A DNA stretch of 64,000 bases from an uncultured Gemmatimonadaceae bacterium (GTDB taxonomy: Bacteria > Gemmatimonadota > Gemmatimonadetes > Gemmatimonadales > Gemmatimonadaceae), in the NCBI GenBank assembly GCA_963740355.1, contig CAVUDW010000002.1:1408001-1472000 (forward strand), in the 5' to 3' direction. The notes below the pieces were generated by a model, which was not told the origin of the DNA, did not search any database, and was given only the letters and a program-made list of their open reading frames with translations. The stretch's first letter is position 1. Every line of letters starts with the position of its first letter. The translations under genes and the position numbers were made by a program. Below are positions 20,371 through 29,028 of the stretch, one piece after another.

Positions 20371-20766
20371 ATGAAGCCCGCCTCGCTGTTCGTCACACTT
20401 GCTGTCGCCCTGCTGGCGATCGCTCTTCCCACCGAGCCGGCCGCGGCGCAGCAGGCGCCTCCGCGGCAGCTGATGCACGTGGTCTCGTTCCGGTTCAAGC
20501 CGACGGCCACGGCGCCGCAGATCGACTCGGTCGTCGCGGCGTTCAAGGCCCTTCGTACGAAGATTCCGACGATTCGTGAGTTCTCGTGGGGCACGAACGT
20601 CAGCCCCGAGAAGCTGAACAAGGGATTCACGCACGCGTTCGTGCTCAGTTTCGCCAGTGACGTGGATCGAGATGCGTATCTCGTGCATCCGGACCATGTG
20701 AAGTTCGGGACGTTGCTGTGGCCGATTCTCGATGATGTTTTCGTGATCGACTACTGGACGCGGTGA
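20371..20766 (+). CDS. Dabb-family stress-responsive A/B barrel protein
   Basis: HVVSFRFK, WGTNVSPE...KGFTH, RDAYLVHPDH. Confidence 0.9.
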   Translation: MKPASLFVTLAVALLAIALPTEPAAAQQAPPRQLMHVVSFRFKPTATAPQIDSVVAAFKALRTKIPTIREFSWGTNVSPEKLNKGFTHAFVLSFASDVDRDAYLVHPDHVKFGTLLWPILDDVFVIDYWTR

Positions 20767-21389
20767 TGCTGGAGCCGGTGGGCTGCGAACTGTCGAGGGG
20801 CGTCAGTCAGGTTCCGTATCCGCCGAGCGCCACGCGTGGTGCCTGGTTCGGCGCCGGTCTCGTGGCGGGCCTGCCGAGGCGGTCGGTGCAACTCGGCATG
20901 GGCACGGCGTTGCTGGTGTCGGCGAGCGTGATGACACTGAGCCAACTCAACCTCCAGCCCGTCGGCGGCGCCGCGCTCGCGCTGCATGGCTGGAAGCTCG
21001 CCGTCGGCGTTGGCGGCAACTTCGTGCTCGGTGCGCTGATGACGCTCGGCATCGGCATGTATGCGCCGTGCATGATGCTCGTGAGCCTGCTCGGCATGAA
21101 CCCGTCGGTGGCGTTCCCGATCATGATGGGGTCGTGCGCGTTCCTGATGCCGGTGGCCAGCCTGCGGTTCATCGAGCGCAGCGCGTTCCAGCCGCGCGTG
21201 GCGATGGGACTCGCCATCGGCGGCGTGTTTGCGGTGCCGTTGGCGGCATTCGTCGTGAAGTCGCTGCCGCTGACGGTGCTGCGGTGGGTGGTGATCGTGG
21301 TGGTGGTGTATGCGGAGGTGTTGATGTTGCGGTCGGCGAGGACGGACGTGGTTCGCGCACGGGCCTTGGGCGTCGCGCCGGAGATCTGA
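20766..21389 (+). pseudogene. 5'-truncated duplicate of the tauE-like gene (repeat copy 2 at 20824-21343)
   Basis: Lacks the first ~113 codons; L>Q and A>E changes; frame open from ATG overlapping the Dabb stop. Confidence 0.75.
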
Positions 21390-21479
21390 TTCTGGCAGAC
21401 TGACGATGTCGCGGACGACACGCTTCGGTAGGGGAAGCGGCTACGCGTGGCGGGATCGGCCCAACTAGCGTCCGCGGCT

Positions 21480-21729
21480 GCGGGTCTCGTCAGCGCGAGG
21501 ATTCGCCGTCACAGTCATCATGTGCTTCCGGAGCCGCGCGCTGTGCACCGTTAATGTGCTCGAAGCGCACCATGTCGGGCGGCACGAAGTCGCGAATCGT
21601 AGTCGGGCGATCTGCTGCGGGACGGTCCTGCTCGCCCGCTTCGACACACGGGATTACATCGTCCAGAGCTGCCCTACGCGCAAAGCTTGTTGCCGGACTA
21701 AAGTGCAAGACATATTCCCGGCTATTCCA
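21480..21729 (+). mobile_element. IS481-like relic (transposase C-terminus and right end)
   Basis: HHVG.HEV...AI..GTVLLARFDTRDYIVQS then TGTTGCCGG...CCCGGCTATTCCA; homologous to 25540-25708. Confidence 0.6.
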
Positions 21730-21832
21730 ACGCGCGAGGACGCTGCGAACGAGATGCCTCATCCGCACTGTACGCGACTTCCCTTTAGTCACGATGCTTC
21801 TGAGAACAGGTAGCGTGTGGCTTCGCAGCGCA

Positions 21833-22480
21833 CTAAGCAGCTTTGTTGCCGTCTGGCGGTGCCAGGAATGAGCGGTTCTCAACAGCCGACGAAATGCTCA
21901 GAGCTAACTCATAGATAGCATTCGTCACGGCGACCTCGTACTTCGCATACTCCTCAATACTGGAGATCACATTCTTCTTCCCGTGCGCAATCTCGTTTCG
22001 CCGTTTTACCAGTGTCTTCAGCTTGGCGGTGTCGTCTTCTAGCGAAGGCATGTGCAGATTGAGAGTGTCGCAGTGCTGCTTGAGCAGACTTGGATACAGG
22101 TTCCCGTTTGTGTCCGCTTTTGTTTCGAATACCGCAGGCTTTGCAAGTTCGGTCGGAAGTACCTCTGTAAAGAATCTCCACAATTCTGGAGACGAGGTGT
22201 CGCCGCGCAATTTTTTGAACTGAGTGTCTAGAGAGAATTGAGCCAGCGACGGGCTGAATTCTGCGCGCGCAACTGAACAGCGCTCTAGTTCGCCTAAGTA
22301 AAGGTCTAGTGCATACTTGCAGAAGCCTTCGTAGTGCGCATACAGCATGACCCAGAGTGCGCGGAGCCCAGCGGCGTAACGCACGGCGTCCGTATTCACG
22401 GTCGCGATCGCAAGGCGCAGCGCTGCAAGTTCCGCCATTCGCCAATCGATGTCTTTCTCAAGCTCTGCCTCGATTGCCAC
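21833..22480 (-). CDS. HEPN-domain putative RNase (MAE_28990/MAE_18760-like)
   Basis: MLYAHYEGF and RxxxxH motif RRNEIAHG; coupled to DUF262 gene. Confidence 0.8.
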   Translation of the reverse strand: MAIEAELEKDIDWRMAELAALRLAIATVNTDAVRYAAGLRALWVMLYAHYEGFCKYALDLYLGELERCSVARAEFSPSLAQFSLDTQFKKLRGDTSSPELWRFFTEVLPTELAKPAVFETKADTNGNLYPSLLKQHCDTLNLHMPSLEDDTAKLKTLVKRRNEIAHGKKNVISSIEEYAKYEVAVTNAIYELALSISSAVENRSFLAPPDGNKAA

Positions 22481-22482
22481 TG

Positions 22483-23571
22483 TCAGCCCGCGGATGCTGC
22501 GAGTGCGTGCTGAACCAGAGCGATGCGAGCCTCGAGCTTTTGTTTAGAGTTCGCTCCTGGGCCCGTCACGTCTCGGAAAGCGTTTCCCTGAACGGTATCT
22601 CGTATCGCAATTGCGAACTGCTCTTTAGAGATCTCTTCCACTCTCGCGAGTGAGCGGTGGACAGCCATTGCAACGGCTTCGAAGTACGCCGGAGCAAGCC
22701 CGCCGAGCGGGACGTTGTTCCTGTACCGTACGAACGATGAATCGCCCGTTCGCACGGCAAGGGCGTCGAAAACCGCACTGAACTCTCTAATCTCTTCATC
22801 TTGGTCAAACGACGACTTTTCAAGGATTACGCGCTCCATGTAGTCGTCAAGCCAGTCGCGCACGCTACCCCTAAAGCCGTCCTGATAGTTCTTAAGAGCA
22901 AAGAAGCGAAGTGCAAGCTCTTCATCTGCCTTCTGCTCGCGTTCACGCTCCGGGATTGGTGCAATGCAGAGCTTGTAACTCTCGAGAGAAGCACACCTCT
23001 GAAGAAATGTGTAGAACGCCGCTCCACGATCACCAAGAATTCTGGCTGTGACGTTTCGAATTTCCTGCGGAGCGAGGAGTGATCCGCCCGTATTGAGCCG
23101 TTTAAACATCTCAAATCGCAAGAACTGCGAGCTTTGCCGCTTAATCACCACAACGCGGACGGCTGATCGTTTTACACGCAAGCGCAACGTCAGCGAAAGA
23201 TCTGTAAACTTCAGACCGTCGAGCTCGGGAATAAGATCGCAACCCGTGAGTGCAAGTGGATCAGCACTAATGGTAGTCGAGTCGATGAAGCGTAGGATCG
23301 ACGATGTTCGCTGCAATCCGTCAATTAACTCAAAAATACCACCCGCATTCTCGATCACAAAAATCGGAGGGATGGGAAGTTCGAGTAGAATAGATTCTAT
23401 CAGACGCGACTGCTGTTCCTCTGACCACCGGAACAGACGTTGGTACTCTGGGGCAATCAGTAGCTCGTTCGATTTATGAAGGTTGACAATTTCGCCGAAG
23501 CTAATGTCTAGCGCTTCGGTACGAACTTCCCCAATCCGTTCGTCGATAATTTGCTCAAGATCTTTTGTCAT
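22483..23571 (-). CDS. DUF262 (ParB/GmrSD-like) protein
   Basis: PEYQRLFRW...SRLIESILLELPIPPIF, IDGLQR, MFKRLNTGG..L..QEIRN. Confidence 0.9.
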   Translation of the reverse strand: MTKDLEQIIDERIGEVRTEALDISFGEIVNLHKSNELLIAPEYQRLFRWSEEQQSRLIESILLELPIPPIFVIENAGGIFELIDGLQRTSSILRFIDSTTISADPLALTGCDLIPELDGLKFTDLSLTLRLRVKRSAVRVVVIKRQSSQFLRFEMFKRLNTGGSLLAPQEIRNVTARILGDRGAAFYTFLQRCASLESYKLCIAPIPEREREQKADEELALRFFALKNYQDGFRGSVRDWLDDYMERVILEKSSFDQDEEIREFSAVFDALAVRTGDSSFVRYRNNVPLGGLAPAYFEAVAMAVHRSLARVEEISKEQFAIAIRDTVQGNAFRDVTGPGANSKQKLEARIALVQHALAASAG

Positions 23572-23615
23572 TGTTCTAAGCTGCCCGGGGACAATTAAGG
23601 CGCAAGGCTCCAGCC

Positions 23616-23716
23616 GTCTGACGAGACAGGATTCTGCTGGGCGGCGACCGCACGAAAAGTCGTCCTGCTTACAATAGCCTGGTCGCCGCGTCAACAGCAA
23701 CCCGGATTCGCTAGCC
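23616..23716 (-). other. attC-like integron recombination site after Abi gene
   Basis: Minus: GGCTAGC (overlaps Abi stop)...TTGCTGTTGAC-GCGGCGACC...GGTCGCCGC-CCAGCAGAA...GTCAGAC; 101 bp. Confidence 0.65.
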
Positions 23717-24526
23717 GCGCGCCGTTCTTTCGTCCCAAGTTGTGATTATAAACGTTGAAAGTGTGTGGGCCGCGCCAATAACGAGGCTGGCGTGACGCGG
23801 CGAGAGTCGGTACGACGTGCGTCCGCGTCCGTGAGCTGATCCGGTATGCGTTCGAAATGCACCGTGGCCATGAACTATTGCCGAGAGCCCAGCTAACACT
23901 TGGCGCAAATCATTGTCAGGAATGGACTTCGGATCTAGTCCCAGATCGGCTTGCACGATTTTCCAGAGAGGTTGCACAGACTGGTCTGATGGCAACTCTA
24001 GGCCGCAGTCTTCGATATAGACCTTGCACAGCGACTCAAGAATTGCGCAAGCGGCGGTCACGGCCGCTGCAGGATCCGACTGAACACTCTCAAGCGCGCG
24101 ATCAAACTCGGTGTTCACGCCTCCGAGATCGCGCTCGCGCAGGATCGCCTCGAGTTGTCGAATCGGCGCAACCGAGCCGGCGACAATGACCCTGCCACCC
24201 CGAACGTACTCAAGGCCTTCCCGGTTCAGAAGCTGCCTGACTCGCACTTGCTGCTTGGAGTGCTCGTCGTTGAAGTGGTAGTGCCCCTGAATGTCCGTGT
24301 CCATGAACTGTTCGAGAACAGCACCGAGGACCCGAAGCCCGTCGCATTCAGGATCCGCTGCGGCGCGCTTCAACCACGCCACGGACTTGTCGACACAGTT
24401 TCCCTCAGGCGCGTCTCCTGGTGCGCCACTCTCAGCGAACAAACGATTGAGCGTCGCGTGGTGGTAGTAGTAGCCCCCGAGAACGTCACCGACAACTATC
24501 GCCACCGAGTTCGAGAAGCCAGCCAT
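23711..24526 (-). CDS. Abortive-infection family protein (Abi_C C-terminal domain)
   Basis: DP..AVTAACAILES.CK, L.GL..IV.G.G.FRTH.GSAHGRG, PRHA.L....AHTL..F. Confidence 0.8.
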   Translation of the reverse strand: MAGFSNSVAIVVGDVLGGYYYHHATLNRLFAESGAPGDAPEGNCVDKSVAWLKRAAADPECDGLRVLGAVLEQFMDTDIQGHYHFNDEHSKQQVRVRQLLNREGLEYVRGGRVIVAGSVAPIRQLEAILRERDLGGVNTEFDRALESVQSDPAAAVTAACAILESLCKVYIEDCGLELPSDQSVQPLWKIVQADLGLDPKSIPDNDLRQVLAGLSAIVHGHGAFRTHTGSAHGRGRTSYRLSPRHASLVIGAAHTLSTFIITTWDERTARG

Positions 24527-24668
24527 CAGATCAAATGTAGGTTGCTAGCTAGAAAATATGACTGGGCGGGCCCCCCGGTTTCGCGTGGGCTAGCTCCTCA
24601 ATGCGAATCGAGGTACCAGAGCCACCTGCGACGATCGAGCATGTCGCCGTTCTTCGGAGGACCAGCCC

Positions 24669-25543
24669 ATGTCCACGAAATCGGGTGTTCGGTCGCCAAT
24701 TGCTCCCTCAACAATCTTCGTTGGACTCGAAGTGCACAAGGAGTCCGTCACCCTGGCCCTCCTGCCCACCGACGACCTTGCGCCGGTGCGGGTCGACAAG
24801 CTGCCCTACGACCTGAAGAAGCTCGGACGCTACCTGGAGATGCTCGGGCCGGCCGACAGGCTGCGCACGTGTTACGAGGCGTCCGGTGCCGGCTCTGTGC
24901 TGCAACGCGAGCTGGCCATCTGGGGCATCGCGTGCTCGCTAGCCGCGCCGTCGCTGATTCCGACCAAGCCCGGGGTCTAGCGCAAGCGCGACAAGTATGA
25001 CGCGGCACAGCTCGCGCGGCCGTTTCGCGCGGGGTAACTCACGGCCGTGGTTGTGCCGACCGAGACAAAGGACGCGTGCGCGACCTCGTCCGCTGTCGCT
25101 CGGCGTTCCAATGCGACATCCTGACATCTTGGCAATAAGTTCTGAAGTTCCTCACGCGCCGTGGCCCTGGTGTATCGCGAGGGCACGCCGTGGCGGAAGC
25201 CGGGCTACGAGTGGTTGCGTCGTCTCGCGCGTGCCGACTCGTCGCTCGCGGCGGAAGATCGCATCGTTTTCGGCGAATACCTTGCGCTGCTTGAGTACAA
25301 GTTCAGTCGGCGTGATGAATTGGATCGCCAGATCGCCGCGTTAGGTTTTCTCCGGCGTTGGCGCCCAAAATCGCGCGCCTGCGGTGCTTCCGCGGGCTCG
25401 ACACGCACGGCGCGATGGTGCTGGCGACCGAGCTCGCGGCCTGGCAGCGCTTCGGGTCGGCGCGCGAGCTGATGGGTACTTCGGGCTCGTCCCTCGGGAG
25501 CATTCGAGTGGGGACCGCCAGCGCCGCGGCTCGATCACGAAAC
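24669..25543 (+). pseudogene. IS110-family transposase pseudogene
   Basis: IFVGLEVHKES, CYEASG.G, APSLIPTKPGV*RKRDKYDA, GLVPREHSSG..QRRGSITK; stops, frameshifts, 3' truncation. Confidence 0.85.
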
Positions 25544-25708
25544 CAATCAACGGATCGGTCTGGATGAGACCGACGACAGCCTCTGGGCGATCTACCTCCA
25601 CACGGTCCTGCTTGCCACGTTCGAGGAACGCGACTACATCGTCCAGAGCTGACCCACACGTAATGGATGTTGCCGGAATATCGTGTCAATAATCTCACCG
25701 GCTGTTCA
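25540..25708 (+). mobile_element. IS481-like relic (transposase C-terminus and right end)
   Basis: NQRIGLDETDDSLWAIYLHTVLLATFEERDYIVQS* then TGTTGCCGG...CACCGGCTGTTCA. Confidence 0.65.
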
Positions 25709-25721
25709 GTAGACCCCTCAA

Positions 25722-26525
25722 TTATCCCCAGGCCTCCAATACATCCGCTCTCCGATACCCGTCGGGAGACTCGATGTGACTTGGATACTTCAAGCAAAGT
25801 CCAAATTCAGAATCTCTGTAGCGGTTTTGGAGTTGCCGCCAATGCGTGATCAGGTAGTAGATTGCAGCGCGAGTTCCAGCACCTTCGATCCCGGCTGCGA
25901 CAAAAACTGGAACGTCGGAATCAGTGTCAATGCTCTTGTCAAATACCTTGAGCAAGATCGCTGTCTCCCAGCCGTCCGGCTCAATGACTGCCTTCCCAGT
26001 ATCCTGGCCACGATTGCGAACTACAGACCAGCGCTCGTTGCGTACTTCGAGCAGGAAGCTCGGTTTGCACGTGTGGAAATAGTGCGCCGCCGCGGTATTG
26101 TGACGCGGACCACCTATGCAGACAGTTGGCCCGGATGAGAGTTCATTCTCCGTCTTCGGGCTGCAGCGAAAATCCAAGACTGGCGGCCGCGCTAGCCAGC
26201 TACTACTCACTGACAACAGCTCAGGTAAAGACTCGAGCATCGTTGTCGAGAAGAGCGATGACAGTAGCGGAACCAGCTTGAACTCCGACTCAGGAAGTCC
26301 TCGCGTATACGGACGGGTGTTTCCGAACCGATCTTTCACACCTCCTACCGGAACCTCGAGAGCCGATAGATACACGAAGAGTCGTTCGGACTTGCCGACG
26401 CCAAAGAAGCGATGCAATCGTCGACGGCGGTTTCTCAACAAGCCTGCAACAAGCACAGCTGATGGAACTAGCAGCGCAATACTTGAGACGAGATTGGCTA
26501 GAACATCGTGAAGGAATGGGCTCAC
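25722..26525 (-). CDS. Hypothetical protein with N-terminal TM helix (cassette-borne, candidate defence protein)
   Basis: TM segment then RRRR; IGGP..N and VAAGI...GT.AA motifs; GAGGAG RBS; atypical codon usage. Confidence 0.75.
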   Translation of the reverse strand: MSPFLHDVLANLVSSIALLVPSAVLVAGLLRNRRRRLHRFFGVGKSERLFVYLSALEVPVGGVKDRFGNTRPYTRGLPESEFKLVPLLSSLFSTTMLESLPELLSVSSSWLARPPVLDFRCSPKTENELSSGPTVCIGGPRHNTAAAHYFHTCKPSFLLEVRNERWSVVRNRGQDTGKAVIEPDGWETAILLKVFDKSIDTDSDVPVFVAAGIEGAGTRAAIYYLITHWRQLQNRYRDSEFGLCLKYPSHIESPDGYRRADVLEAWG

Positions 26526-26553
26526 GTCTCCTCAATGTGAAATGTGGAGCGGT

Positions 26554-26650
26554 GTCGAACGAAAATACGTTCTGCTGCACTGCGGCCGACAGATGCCAAT
26601 CCTGGTCACCGACCCGTGGCCGCAGTGGCTGCAGCAAAGCGGGGTTAGCC
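26554..26650 (-). other. attC-like site after TIR gene
   Basis: Minus: GGCTAAC-CCCGCT-TTGCTGCAGC-CACTGCGGCC...GGCCGCAGTG-CAGCAGAA-CGTATTTTC-GTTCGAC; 97 bp. Confidence 0.72.
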
Positions 26651-26674
26651 AGCCACACGCCGAAGCTCCTCGGC

Positions 26675-27520
26675 TTAGAATGGTAGATCGTCATCGTCAG
26701 CAGAGCGAACTGCGGCGAACAGCTCGGACAACTCTGTCGCGGACGCCGCGCCGAGCTTGACGACGTTTCGGCTCGGTCGTGCTACCCTCTGAGCGAGGTA
26801 TACCAGCGGACGTTCGAGACCGTCAAGTGCTTCACGTACTTCCACGGTAAGCGCTGCGGGATTCAGGGCGAGTGCCGACAACAACTTCCTCGCGGATACG
26901 AGCAAATCGGACAAGGCAGACGGGGAGACTGGGTCCGAGTCATGGGCCGGTCTTGCGCGTGAGATGACTCGCGAAAGTGCCAGAACTTCTTCGAGAATCT
27001 CCTTTTCCGTTCTGACTGGCGTGACCACGTCCGCTTCAACCCGGTCCATGATGGACTCGACCTGCTCTTTAAGGCGTGGCCACCACATGGCAAAGACGTC
27101 TTGCACGACATCCGGACCAAGACGGTGCTCGCCGAGCTCTGAGTTGATTGCGATCACAACTTTTCGCATCTCCTCCATTGAAAACTCAGCAGACTGAAAC
27201 TGTGTCATTGGACCGACGAGGTCACCAGTGTGAACGCCGAAGAGGATCGGAATAACCCGGGCGCTGCCGATGTTCTTTGACAATGCGCCAGCCTCAAACA
27301 TCAACCATGGCGCTTCAAGGTTGTCGCGCGTCAGGCAAACAATTCCGAGTTTTGACTCATTTAGCTCTCCCGCGATCTCGCTTGACCAGCGAGTGCCCTT
27401 AGTCACGTCATCGGGCGAAAAGTATGGCCGCGATGCCTGAATGACGCTCGGTAGCCATTGGCGTAAGACGTCCGCGATCGCGCGGCTCCGTTCCCCGGAC
27501 CAGCTCAGAAAGACTTTCAT
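26675..27520 (-). CDS. TIR-domain protein
   Basis: MKVFLSWSG.RS, D...G.RW...I..EL, GIVCLT..N..APWLMFEAGAL (catalytic-position Glu). Confidence 0.88.
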   Translation of the reverse strand: MKVFLSWSGERSRAIADVLRQWLPSVIQASRPYFSPDDVTKGTRWSSEIAGELNESKLGIVCLTRDNLEAPWLMFEAGALSKNIGSARVIPILFGVHTGDLVGPMTQFQSAEFSMEEMRKVVIAINSELGEHRLGPDVVQDVFAMWWPRLKEQVESIMDRVEADVVTPVRTEKEILEEVLALSRVISRARPAHDSDPVSPSALSDLLVSARKLLSALALNPAALTVEVREALDGLERPLVYLAQRVARPSRNVVKLGAASATELSELFAAVRSADDDDLPF

Positions 27521-27904
27521 GCTCGGAAAGTTGAGGACGTGTTGTCACTAGAACATGATTGCTGGGTAGCCCACAATTAGACAGAAAAGTACCTAATGAC
27601 GGATTCTGTCGCGACGCAACGCTGCAGCGCCAGCGCTATCTGTCCTCGGAACCACAGTCATCGCCCCCTCCCAACGCAGGAGCCGCTTCCGCAACTCGCC
27701 ACTACGCAACGAGTTAGACGCGTTCTGTCGTTGTGCCGCCCCGGCGTCTCGCTTCGAGAAGTCTTTATAGCGGCACTGTGCAGCCTAGCATCCCAGAGCG
27801 AGCCCCCAGCTCCACCTGCTTCGCGAGCGCCTTCCGGGAGAAGTCGGCCTCGCTACCACGGTCAGGCCACAGCGCGCATCACCGCCGCCGTCGCCCCACG
27901 CCAA

Positions 27905-29024
27905 TCACCCCGCCATCACTACCGGCAACGCCATCCGCCGCCGCCCATCTCGAGTCCCGGCCTCGATGAACCCCCCACCCAACACCCGGTCCCCATCATA
28001 CAGCACCATCGACTGCCCTGGACTGATGGCACTAGAGCGCCTCCTCCAACGCCAACTCCATCTCATCCCCATCCAAACGGACGATCTCGGCAGCAACAGG
28101 CACCGCCCGATGCCGATGCTGTACCGACACCCGATCCCCAACCGTGAGGGGCGCCGGCGACATCCACCGCACCCCCCGCGCAATCAACCCGCGCCCCAGC
28201 AACGACTCCCGCGGCCCCAGCACCACGGCGCGCGTTTCGGGCTGAATGGCCACCACGAACATCGGCTCCGCAAACCCACCCGGCACACCCTTCCGCTGCC
28301 CGATCGTAAACCGCGCATACCCATCATGCTCACCAACTGGCACACCGCTCTCGAGCACGAACGGCCCCCGCTGCAACGACGGCGTGTCATCGCCAAGCTC
28401 CCGCCGGATGATCTTCACATGATCACCATCGGGCACGAAGCAGATGTCCTGACTCTCCACCTTCTCCGCAATCACCTCGAGCCCAAGCCGGTGCGCCATC
28501 GCCCGCGTCTCCGCCTTGGTCTGGTGCCCGACAGGCAGCAACAACCGCTGAACGACGGCCCGCTCGACCCCCCACAGGAAGTACGTCTGGTCTTTCCCAT
28601 GATCGAGCCCGCGATACAAATCACCATCGATCGCCCGCGCATAATGCCCAGTCGCGATCCAGTCGCACTCCAACGCCTCGGCCTTGCGCGCCAGGTCGCG
28701 AAACTTCGTAAACGTGTTGCACCGCACACAGGGAATCGGCGTGCGTCCGCGACTGTATTCGTCCACGAAGTCCTGCACGACGTCGCGACCGAACGCACTC
28801 TCGAGATTGAGCACGTAGTGCGGCACCCCAAGCTGCTGGCACACACGACGCGCATCATTCACGCTGTCGAGCGAACAGCAGGGCCGATCAGGCAGGTCTT
28901 CACCGTGACAGAACAGCTTCATGGTGGCGCCGATCACCTCGTAGCCCTGCTCGTGCAACAGCGCGGCGGCGACGGAACTGTCCACGCCACCGCTCATCGC
29001 CACCAACACACGACGCCCTGCCAT
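27905..29024 (-). CDS. mnmA: tRNA 2-thiouridylase MnmA, +1 frameshift near 28034
   Basis: AMSGGVDSSVAA, TPIPCVRCN, ATGHYA, KDQTYFL, ESQDICF; conserved tail AISPGQSMVLYDGDRVLGGGFI lies in the next frame. Confidence 0.92.
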
Positions 29025-29028
29025 CTGC

